Origin: Eledone cirrhosa
Lineage: Eukaryota
DNA: 64,000 nt
Assembly: GCA_964016885.1 (NCBI GenBank)
Contig: OZ024742.1
Location: forward strand, 152,644,001-152,708,000
Direction of reading: 5' to 3'
The notes under the pieces are model-generated. The model was given only the letters and a program-made list of their open reading frames with translations. It made no database searches and was not told the DNA's origin. A program made the translations under genes and the position numbers. This document shows, one piece after another, positions 28,433-40,059 of the stretch; within the stretch, counting starts at the first letter, position 1; the number at the start of each line of letters is the position of its first letter.

Positions 28433-29399
28433 TGAGAGGTCGGCTTATTTCTACATTACCAGTGGCTACATTCACTTAACCACGTCTATTTCGGATGCTT
28501 TGAAAGTCGTTTGATATAGTTAGATGTTCATAAAAGTATACTTAATATATTAGAATGAATTGAATCCAATGAATATATTTACTATTAACATAAGAGTGTT
28601 TATTATCTAAATAACAATTGTGGAATTATGAATGTACTAAGATTGTCTCGAATTTTATAATGATTACCATCAGATTGAACTCGACAAAATTAATAGAGCC
28701 TCGAACTAGATATTTAGTATTATATTATTTCGCATGACAGCTGTCTGACTACAGTCACCATGTATATGTGGAATATCTTTTTTTTTTTTTAGACGTTTAC
28801 AAGAATTCAACAGAGCTTACTCTTTCTTGTATTTTGTGAGCATACAATCCATTCACCATCACTTCTTAGATTTCTTTCTTGTCCATTGTTTTACTGCAAT
28901 CAAATTATATCTCGATATCATGATGTTACATACAATGTCAGTACATGATCAAATATTCAGCGTCACTTTCAATCAGAAAATAGAGAGGCATGATTTACTA
29001 CAATGAGGGAAATATATTGGCTTCAGTTCTAATGTAAACATTCAATTGATTAAAACAAAATATAAATGTCGAATGAATCTGATACTGTTATCGTAAGATA
29101 AACACAAATTCATATGCTATAGAAATAATAGTGTCGACGGAAAAATAATAAGGTTTACTTACATAAATAGGCGAATTAAGAAATGCAAAATACTACACAA
29201 TGAAAACTAGATCACGCAAATCGGTAAACGCGCAGTATATGAAGGCTAATCCTGTTATCTATATTTCAATATGTTGCACAAAACAACGTATCTCCGTTTT
29301 CTGTTAATAAGGAGACACACTACGATATCCACAGGAAATAAGTGCACATACATACAGAAAAACATATCCCTCCGAGAACATTTACGAACCTCGAAGCGT

Positions 29400-30320
29400 A
29401 GGAGCCCATCTATCGAGCAATTCTATCTGCATGAGACAGATAAAATCATGATAGTCGGGAGCTTCCTGAAAGATGCATAATAATCAAAAACTCACACCCA
29501 GGGAAATTTCCCAGCAGTACCGCAGTGAATCCCCGGATGAAAAGATGCATGCTTATCAGCAAAGAATCATGCATGGATATGTTGCCAGTAAGCTCCAGTG
29601 TGAGAGTAATATAGAAAAGCAAAGTAGTCTATATTGGCTCCCACTTTGAAGGATATGCTTTTGCATCCAAGAACAGAAAATCAACACAAAATATCTGAGT
29701 TACAAATGGGATTGGGATGCAGGAAAAAAACCTAAATGCGACAATAAGTACAGACTCCACAGAATTAACATCGAAGATGTCACCCATGTCATAAAAAGCT
29801 GACCAAAGATGTCATCACGGTACTATCTACCTATGAAGCATGATGTATATCCCAAACACTGTAGAATGCAATTTGTAGAAAATATAGCCCCACCAGTAAA
29901 TATATTAAAAGCTACAGCAATGTGGAAGGCATACATATACATAATATGAATGAGTACTGGTGGAATGTTCCAGTAAAATCCCCAATAAAATGCAGGCATA
30001 ACAGACCAGATATAATGATATGGGACAGGGAAAAGATGGCATGCACAGTAGTTGAAGTTAGCTGCCCAGCAAATGCCAATATAATATTAAAGATTAGCGT
30101 AAAGGAGAATATCTATCGAGAACTAATGGGAAATTTTCAGATACTCCACTCTGACTATACCTTCAGATTTATGCCTGTGATTATTGCGGAACTGGAATAT
30201 ATTAGTAACTGACTGAGTACAATCTGGGCTTCACAGAAACAGAACGAACATGACCAGTTAGGAAATTACAAGTACAATCCGTTAATGCAACAGTAAAATA
30301 ATTCTGCATTTAACCAAGAA
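29400..30320 (+). mobile_element. Decayed R4/Dong-like non-LTR retrotransposon 3' part
   Basis: NEYWWNVPVKSPIKCRHNRPDIMIWDREKMACTVVEVSCP (RLE), preceded by a degenerate CCHC-like region. Confidence 0.8.
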
Positions 30321-31439
30321 TTCTGCATTTAATAACTACATATACACTTGTATAGATACAAAGCATATGCATAATGAACAAATATAACTCAACATATCCA
30401 CATCCACACATACAATGACATCCATAGCCGCACACACATGCATGCATACAGACATGCATACCTATCTACCTAGTTGATGATGTGAAAATTCCAATGAGAG
30501 AGTCTTGTATCTATGTTAGGAACCGACTCTCTCTCTATAGGTAAACGTTTGTGAAATGATATAACCAGAAGTACATGCATATACATACATACATGATGGA
30601 TGCAACTCGATTTAGAGTAATGCCATCGCTCGATACTTATGCATGAGCATCACGAACGTTGCTTTTTAGTCCTGCTAGGGACTTGCTGTAGTGAGCAGTA
30701 CCAGGCATCGCAAAAGAAGAATAAGTCACATATCAAGCCATGCCTTTGCTTAAAGCTTTTTTAAGTGAGGAAAGCCTTTGCACAGGGCCAATCCCACTAT
30801 CTGAACATCGAATGCATTTTCCCAAATGGAAGAAATGGTCTACATCATTGGATGCAAAGGAAGTCGCAGGCTTTATATCAGAGTGACCTTCTCCTAGAGA
30901 GATGTCTTAATGGAGACTAGGAATCCCTTAACCCCAGAATAACAAAAACAACACATTGAATTCCACCCGCAGGGTGTGCAAAGTCCTCCTCCTCACTGAG
31001 CTTGTTTCTAACTCACTATATATTTGTCGGCTCCATCATGTAGAGCTAATGTGAATGTCCTGTAAGCCAGGCTGCTATTTTTAGCGGCATGGAATTTCGA
31101 GACATGTTGGGTTACGAAGACATGTGATAATTCTTATCGCACGCAATTCAGTCTTAATATTTTTAGAAGTGAAAGGATCATAATTTCTCAACAACTACTG
31201 AGGAGAAGAGAAAAGAGTGGACATCACTTAATAAGATGTTGCGTAACAGTCTCCAAAACTGTCTAGTTGTTACCAGGGGATTGCCCAATATAAGTCTGTT
31301 ATGTTTCTTACTTTGATATTTAAAATTAAGTCTGACAAACCATATTGCTGTAGTCAGTATTTTTACACCCTAGCAAACTTGGTCCTTACGATTCGAACAC
31401 ATATATGTTTATATTAGTTTTCATCTCTCTTGTTTATTC

Positions 31440-31502
<63 letters not shown>

Positions 31503-31632
31503 GAAGGAAATGTGATAAGGAACCAGGTGGACCATAACGAACCAAAGTACTCAATACTTAGGGTAGTAGAGTGGGTAATAGGAACGAGTAGGACCCCGAC
31601 TAGTCCAGAATTAGCCGTCGAAACGGCTTGAG

Positions 31633-31736
<104 letters not shown>

Positions 31737-31751
31737 TATTTATTAAAAATA

Positions 31752-31827
31752 ACAGATTAAAGTTTAAGCAAAGAATCGCTGCTTTCACCCTTAACGGGAT
31801 CTTCTGAAACTAACAAAGTCAATCTGT
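31752..31827 (-). ncRNA. Extended type I hammerhead-like RNA with CAGAAGA core
   Basis: acagattga...gttt-CAGAAGA-t-ccc-gttaa-ggg-t-GAAA-gcag-cgattct-ttgc-TT-aaac-t-ttaatctgt: all three stems pair, and distal stem I is 9 bp. Confidence 0.75.
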
Positions 31828-32269
31828 AAACGCAGAAGTGGATATTTCAAAAAACGTTGCAACCGGAGGAAGACAGGTAGACGATACTTTGGTTCGTGGA
31901 AACGTTCGCTGGCAAAGAACGGGAAAAAACGAATATAATACGTCATTAATAGGAGCGGTGAAAAACAATTACGCGCAAAGACAGAACCACGTTTATGGTA
32001 TAGAAGAGGTCGTAGACTAATGTTCTCTTAGGTGGTTCATAGAGACGTTCTCTGGCAATGAACGAAAAAAACGAAGATAATACGTGATATGTGGAGCGTG
32101 GATAACAATAGCATGCAAAGACAAAACCACGTAAATGGTATAGCAGAAGTCGTAGACTAAAATTCTAACTAGGAGACCGAATGAATATCCGCTACGGTTC
32201 TTATATATTTGATATATATTTATCCTTATCGAGCCCTCTTTGGATTCTAGTCTTCAAATATATTATTAT

Positions 32270-32329
<60 letters not shown>

Positions 32330-32383
32330 CGGCGATGAATTAGTTTTACGAGGTTTTTTATATGAAATCGTGAGTCGAAACAA

Positions 32384-32765
32384 ATATTGTTATTCTTGGG
32401 GAGGGTCATATTTGTGTAATATTGCCAGAATTATTAACAGAACACACTCACTGTTTGGTTGGTTTTCGCTTTTCGCTTCTGTGTCTTTTATATCGGTAAC
32501 CTACTTTACTCGGTCCTCAATGTTGCCATTGACGGACCGACGGTCACAAATAATACAGTACAATATGGACACATAACATATATATAGTTTATCATAAATC
32601 TTTCGTTGCACATCTGCAACATCGTCAGTGGTGCTATTATTTCCTCCCGTTGTATTGTATGTCTACGCCATTTTTATTCAGTCTGTCTATATATTTATTT
32701 ATTTATTTGCTCGTTTGTTTATTTTATTTTGTCTCCTTTGCGCATGCGTTTGCGTGTGTGTATAG
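32384..32765 (-). mobile_element. Solo PLE 3' end/pLTR of a related subfamily, with an HHR at 32591-32632
   Basis: Terminus atattgttattcttggggagggtcat resembles the PLE end at 56545; minus strand acca-CTGACGA-t-gttgca-gatg-tgcaac-GAAA-gatt-TA-tgat. Confidence 0.7.
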
Positions 32766-32775
32766 GATTCGCACT

Positions 32776-32826
<51 letters not shown>

Positions 32827-33118
32827 TATCGATTATGGTCAGGCGCAGATTTTCTGGCAAGGAAGCCGAGAGCCAGATAAGTATGTTTCCACAGGTCTCT
32901 ACGAGACATCAATCCCTGTATCTCAGATACCAGCTGAGTATTCTAGTCATTGAGCTAAGGTTATTCTGAAACTATTTTACTGTCTGAATTAAGGAGATGT
33001 CTGTAGCAGCTTGTCATTGTAAACAACAGCTCAGACTTGCGAAGCGATGCTTATTTTAATTAAATTACATATATAGAGAATAATATAATTTGATTAAAAT
33101 AATTTATATATCCATTTT

Positions 33119-33248
33119 ATTAAGGTTAAATAATGAGTCTTGTTACTCTGGAGTATAGCGTGTTTATCACAGTGTCATCAATTCCTTTTGGATGACCCTG
33201 TGATAAACAGGTCAAATTCCAGAGTAACACGATTCTATTTAGTCTTAA
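33119..33248. repeat. Imperfect ~130-bp hairpin
   Basis: tgttactctgga...tgtttatcacag.gtcatc pairs with gatgac.ctgtgataaaca...tccagagtaaca. Confidence 0.75.
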
Positions 33249-33339
33249 TACACTGAATATGAAGCTCTACGTCGCTATGCAGTACTTGTTTCTCTCAGCC
33301 ATCAACCACATACGGATATATATATCTATATATAAATAT

Positions 33340-33750
33340 AAATTTAGCAAGAATCGTATTTCGGCTGTTAGAAAAAGCGAAACGAAACACAAAATCTTAG
33401 ATATGCTGGCAAACGCTCCAATAGTTAAGAAAACTAGTGCTAAACAATATGTTAAAACGCCATACAAACTGAAAAAGTGGTCAAGAAGTCATTAACCACC
33501 TAAGCCAAATAACAAATCAAGCTAAACAGGTCAAACAAAATAAATTATAAAAACAGACCTGGATGCAAATGGATTTGATGATAAAATCCAAATGCAGGGT
33601 TTCTATGCCATCTAAACCAATAATACTCTCTGCGTAAAACTATAAGCTTTTAGCATAATGTTCGGACAAGGAATATCACGTTATCAACAGGTATTTTGCT
33701 CTGCCGAATTTTGTGAATGACGTAGAACTTTGTAAAAGCACATGTGTAAC
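33340..33750 (+). repeat. Unclassified dispersed repeat (other copies reversed at 22270-22585, 52390-52750, 56317-56460)
   Basis: Shared text agcRagaatcgtatttcggct...tggcaaRcgctcca...atgttaaaacgccatacaa...aaaagtggtc; no recognisable protein. Confidence 0.7.
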
Positions 33751-33751
33751 T

Positions 33752-33840
<89 letters not shown>

Positions 33841-33848
<8 letters not shown>

Positions 33849-34096
33849 ACACTTTGGGAGGGCCATGTTGCCAATAAGAAACACACGCACCAACTGCTTT
33901 CACTTCAATTTATTATAATAAATTTATAAATTTAGGAATTTATAAATTTCCGGTTGGTTGGTTGGTTCCACAACCAGATGGTTGTTTATAAAGTTCTTTC
34001 GTCACACATTCTGTGAACTCTTCAGTGACTAGAGATTCTTTTCTTTGTATCTTTTTGCCTCTCCTTTGTTCTGTCCTACGCCATCTTGTTTTTGTG
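33841..34096 (-). mobile_element. Solo 3' terminus (pLTR) of the 56545-62082 PLE family, with an HHR at 33987-34029
   Basis: Near-identical to 56545-56806; abuts (TA)n on the left and the tandem array on the right. Confidence 0.9.
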
Positions 34097-34103
34097 ACAC
34101 ACA

Positions 34104-36302
34104 TTATGCATATTATGCATATTAACGGCTGAGCAGCCTAATTTGCATATCGAGTGAATTAATCGGTCGGGCGCACCGAAAACGATAGACGGAAAAAATG
34201 AGACGAAATTTCATTTCTCACTCTTAGTACGGCTGTTACATAAATATAAGTATGTATACGTACATACATATATGTATACAGACGTACAGTAATATGTATA
34301 TATATATATACATACATGCACACATATATATATGTACGTATGGATTTACGACAATTTATTATAATGCTCGGTGTGTTCGCAAACAAACATCACGAATTAA
34401 GACGTACAGTGTTTAGCAACCATCGTTGCTCTTTTGTTTAACACTGAGAAAGGAACGATGTACTAGTTTCAAGCTTATTAGCTATCTTCAGCACCGTATA
34501 CCTTCCTGTCAGGTGATTGAACGTGTGGAAGTATATACTTTCCTTATGCATATTAACAGCTGAGCAGCCTAATTCGCATATCGAGTGAGTTAATCGCCCA
34601 GGCGCACCGAAAACGACAAAATGAAAAAATGAAACTTGTCACTCTTAGTACGGCTGTTACTTAAATATAAGTATGTATACGTACATACATATATGTATAC
34701 AGACGTACAGTAGTATGTATATATATATACATACATGCACAAATATATATATGTACGTATGGATTTACCGAACATTTATTATAATGTTCGGTGTGTTTGT
34801 AAACATACATCACGAATTAAGACGTACAGTGTTTAGCAACAATCGTTGCTCTTTTGTTCAACACTGACAAAAGAACGATGTACTAGTTTGAAGCTTATTA
34901 GCTATCGTCAGCACTGTATACTTTCCTGCCAGATGATTGACTGTTAGAAAGTATATACTTTCCTTATGCATATTAACTGCTGAGCAGCCTAATTTTCATA
35001 TCGAGTGAGTTAATCGGCCGGGCGCACCGAAAACGATAAACGGAAAAAATGAAACGAAATTTCATTTCTCACTTTTAGTACGGCTGTTACTTAAATATAA
35101 GTATGTATACGTACATACATATATGTATACAGACGTACAGTAGTATGTATATATATACAGATACATGCACACATATATATATATATGTACGTATGGATTT
35201 ACCGAAATTTTATTATAATGCTCGTCGTGTTTTGTAAACAAACATCCCGAATTAAGCCGTATAGTGTTTAGTAACCATCATTGCTCTTTTGTGCAATACT
35301 GACAAAGGAACGATGTACTAGTTTCAAGCTTATTAGCTATCGTCAGCACCGTATACCGTCCTGCCAGATAATTGAACGTCTGAAAGTATATACTTTCCTT
35401 ATGCTAAGAGTGAGAAATGAAATTTCGTTTCATTTTTTCCGTTTATCGTTCTCGGTGCGCTCGGCAGATTAACTCACTCCATATGCAAATTAGGCTGCTC
35501 ATCCGTTAATATGCATAAGGAAAGTATATACTTTCAGACGTTCAATCGTCTGGCAGGAAGGTATACGATGCTGACGATAGCTAATAAGTTTGAAACGAGT
35601 ACATCGTTCCTTTGTCAGTGTTGAACAAAAGAGCAACGATGGTTACTAAACACTGTACGGCTTAATTCGGGATGTTTGTTTACAAACACACCGAGCATTA
35701 TAATAAATGTTCGGTAAATCCATACGTACATAAATATGTGTGTGCATACATGTATATATATATACATACTACTGTACGTCTGTATACATATATGTATGTA
35801 CGTATACATACTTATATTTAAGTAACAGCCGTACTAAGATTGAGAAATGAAATTTCGTTTCATTTTTTTCCGTTTCTAGTTTTCGGTGCGCGCGGCCGAT
35901 TAACTCACTCTATATGCAAATTAGGCTGCTCAGCCGTTATTATGCATAAGGAAATATATACTTTCAGACGTTCAATCATCTGGCAGGAAGGTAAACGGTG
36001 CTGACGATAGCTAATAAGTTTGAAACTAGTACATCGTTCCTTTGTCATTGTTGAACAAAAGAGGAACGATAGTTGCTAAAACTCTACGGCTTAATTCGGG
36101 ATGTTTGTTTACAAACATACCGAGCATTATAATAAATGTTCGGTAAATCCATACGTACATATATATGTGTGCATGTATCTGTATATATATACATTCTACT
36201 GTACGTCTGTATACATATATATAAGTACGTATACATACTTATATTTAAGTAACAGCCGTACTAAGAGTGACAAATGAAATGTTGTTGCATTTTTTCCGTT
36301 TA
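34104..36302. mobile_element. Head-to-head tandem array of a 420-435-bp HHR-containing non-coding unit (retrozyme-like)
   Basis: Three units with the HHR on the - strand (34113-35404) and two-plus units with it on the + strand (35404-36302). HHRs at 34455-34497, 34875-34917, 35310-35352 (-) and 35565-35607, 35995-36037 (+). Confidence 0.9.
35995..36037 (+). ncRNA. Minimal type I hammerhead ribozyme (representative array copy)
   Basis: acggtg-CTGACGA-t-agct-aata-agtt-t-GAAA-ctag-TA-catcgt: 6-bp stem I, intact core, palindromic stem III ACTAGT, GUA cleavage triplet. Confidence 0.9.
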
Positions 36303-36552
36303 TATATATATACATCGATTGGTACAATCATTGGTACATTTATACATTTATATTTATAAAGTCGGAGGAGATTTGTGAGGTAGAGTAAGGCGTTATATAT
36401 TTTATTGACGATTAGCTCTCATTTAGGAGGTGGGAGATAGTATTTATGACTTTCTCTAATTATTAGATATATGATTTTTTACTGAACGATTTTGTTTTCA
36501 TAAGCTATCCGACAATTATCGATAGTTTCTTATCAATAATCCAATAATGACG

Positions 36553-36579
36553 CTACTACTACTACTACTACTACTACTG

Positions 36580-36638
<59 letters not shown>

Positions 36639-36649
36639 ACTGCTGCTCT

Positions 36650-36712
<63 letters not shown>

Positions 36713-37990
36713 CACTACTACAACTAATACTACTGACAATGATACTAATAATAATAGTTTCTTCATTGGCCACTAGACCCTACACGAAGGGGATAATATA
36801 AAAAAGTGGAGAGTAGAGTCCCTACAAAAAAACATCGACTATAAATGTGTATAAGTACAAAATCAATTAACAGCAAAATTATAACAAAATAAAATCCCCT
36901 ATAGGTGGAGCACGACCCAGGGGCGACTCATTTACCCCTCCAATCCTAACTACGAGAGACTTCGAGATAACCCGGGAAGGGCACTCCCAGCCTCAAATCA
37001 ATAAACCTACATGCGCATGCTAAAATGGTCATTCTTGCAACACCCCCCTACCTTTTAGCAAATGTACTGGGGTTAGCGATTATTTTTCCACACTCACCTT
37101 TCTTTCTAATTGAAACTTGGAAAAGTTGGTGAGGGATGAGACGAAGTGAAAAGTGTGTCTTCAGATCTTGTATCCTCTAGAGTAGATGTTCCACTGGCCA
37201 CATTTCCCGCCTGATGGAAAGCAGGGAGTTCCTAGCAAATTTCCAGATGCCAGTCGTTAAGTCTCTGGTTCTTCTCGGCCAAGGACTGTAGCTCAATCAA
37301 AATGACGAGTTGCTAAAAGGCTTTTCACACAAACAGTGACCAGACATGTTCACCGTTTACGCAGTATATCTGTAGATGCCCTAGCCACAGCGCATATTTG
37401 CGCATCATCAGCCACAGCATGCGCAATCCTCCGCGTGGAGTGTGCTGGCAGAAGATGGTGTGCCTGACCAATGGAATCTGTTCGTTCCATGAAAAGAGGA
37501 AGAATATACTTTCCAATGTGGTGAGTTGCGAACGGGGGAAAAACACGACGGTCAAGGAGTAGTAGGAGACGGCTGCTATGTACGGGTACGTCAGCTCCAC
37601 TCGCCCTTTCATAGATAGCTTTCTTTCAACCCAGTTTCGGGTGAGTGTGGCCACCCTGGTCGTTAACTAATCCCAGTTTTATCCTCCTGAAGTTCTGGTA
37701 TAAACCAGATCCCTCGTAACTTCAACGATCCAAGACATCTGCCTTTCGCAGCGATCAGTACCAGCTGGCAAGTCGTGCGGTAGACCGTCGATATAGGAAC
37801 TGGAATCCACTACAGTCCCCGACGCCTCGCTCCCACCGAACAGCTGAGCAAAGTGCTAACTAAATGCCTCTGTCTGGAATCGTTCAGCCCATGTTCCTAT
37901 CTTTCCGTCAAAGATCGAATTGTGGCTTTGCTGCGACGCTGCGTTTCTGTCACTTGGGTCCATCGAGTAGCTTTCGTCCTCTCGAACTCT
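36553..37990 (-). mobile_element. Decayed Tx1-like LINE 3' portion ending in (TAG)n
   Basis: ORF 37325-37654 WVERKLSMKGRVEL...PRGGLRM matches the L1/Tx1 W..R.LS..GR and P...GGL motifs; 3' UTR runs into (CTA)n at 36553-36720. Confidence 0.75.
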
Positions 37991-39878
37991 GTCTTAGCTC
38001 TGAGAATGCAACATTAATAGTTCACATTTAAAAAATGGTCAAGTGCCATACTCGCTCCATATATTTTAGTTACTAACTCGCTCTCTTTCAATATTCTCTA
38101 TCGCTACTTCTTTACTAAAATCGTCTGATTCAACAACAACCGTAATAATAATTATAATAATAATTTGATCATTAACAAGAGAACGCTGGCCGTTTGAAAT
38201 CGCTCGAAAAATTATCCAGTAACAACGTTTGACAAACAACTATTCCATTGTAAATTAAACATGTAGATATGGAAGAATAACCGTGAGAAATTGTTACTTT
38301 TATCGATCATAGAAAGAAAGTGTTGCTGATGTCTGCATTTGACAGACTAATCGCTCCGAATTCAAACAGTATTATTGCACGCTTAATATCAGTATGAGGC
38401 ACAGCTGGGGGCTTGTGAGGCCGAGCGAAAACGTGTGAGGTGGTGCTGGTCGAGCTGGCGCGTTAGCCTGTCCGACGCCGTGTTACACTGGATGATATAC
38501 CATATGCTCCAAGGTGATTTCACGTCAACAGGCAAGAGGTGAAGGGAAGACTACTGGGCGGAGTCCAAGCTGGTTTCAAGTCTCATAGGTGACCTCACGT
38601 TCCTCGGCCACAATGGGTTGCACTATGCTTTGGAGAGCCATGTTGATGAAGACGCTAACAAGAGGTAACGACGAAAAGAACACGGCAACGCCAGCGAAAC
38701 CGGCGTCCTGGCGTCACCATTTCTAACAGGTATGGTGTCCTGTTATCATCCAAGGTCCTAAAACGAGACGTTGCATATCTTCTCAGCTGCCGCTCGGATA
38801 CGCGTATTAGCGAGAATGCAAACAAAGCGCTATTATTCAGTTCAATGTGAATAAACAATTGCATACTTTGTATCTAATGCACAACATGTACGGTAAATGC
38901 ATTACACTAAACTCGATATCACAAAAGAAATAAAACCGTACGCGATATTTATAATAATCATCTAAGTAATCGGTTGGATATTCTAGTTAACTATTGCAAG
39001 GAAAACGAAATAGACATATATGAAAACGATATGAATATTTAACGGAATTATTTTGATGTATATATATGTTTTAAAGCAGCATTTCATACTTAAATACTCG
39101 TGCATCGAAGGTAACTACTTTTAACAGAAAGACGTGGTGTGTATCATATATGTTAGATTGTAGCAGTTTTATTAATCACCAGTTTAGCAGAGTTATAGAT
39201 GTAGTAATGTAATAGTTATAAGGCCAAGAGTAACCAGTTTGGTAGACAGATATGGTAAGAATATCGACAACGACTTTAGCTTGTTTTATATTATTTATTA
39301 ACAAAGGTTGAGCTGAGTAGAGCTGAGTAGAGCAGGCATGTCAAGACAAATAAAGCAAACGAATTAAGATTTCAGAAGGCACGGTCTACTGGCTGAAGTG
39401 TTGCCAGGCCGTGGTTAAATTGTTGTGTTACATATTGGCTAGGGATTTCACGACGAAAGAAAAGCAGTTGTTTACATTTTCGCTGTCGGGCTGCAAGAGA
39501 GAGATTTCTCGAATCGACGCGGGAATTTTTCCCTCAGAGCGCGTAGAGATACATTCTCCTCCGCTGGCGGTAATTGTCTGGGCTGAGCCAAATAACGCAC
39601 GGATAATCTATATGAGCCCGCGGAATGTAGGTCCCTACAAATACATATTTAGGAGACTCACTCTACCACAAGAAGAAATCTATATGAATAAAATCTATAA
39701 AGCTTTGTGGAAAAACATGAATCTAACGTAGTGTTGCGTTCCACCACATTATCTTCAGCAAATACTTCACCTAAGGCAATATCAGATATCAAAATAAACA
39801 CTTATCAATCATAATAATACGCCGCCCATGTTTGTATATTTGAATATATCTCTGTGACTCTTTAAAATTTACACACAA

Positions 39879-40059
<181 letters not shown>

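Noticed and set aside
34104-36302. CRISPR array or tRNA/rRNA gene cluster interpretation of the tandem units and SINE heads
   Set aside because: Units are whole ~425-bp repeats with no unique spacers, there are no cas genes, and SINE heads do not form complete cloverleafs.
38535-38665. Possible HDV-like ribozyme (gacctcacgttcctcgg...gctaa) in a GC-richer island
   Set aside because: Could not build convincing P1 and P2 helices by eye; needs a covariance-model search.
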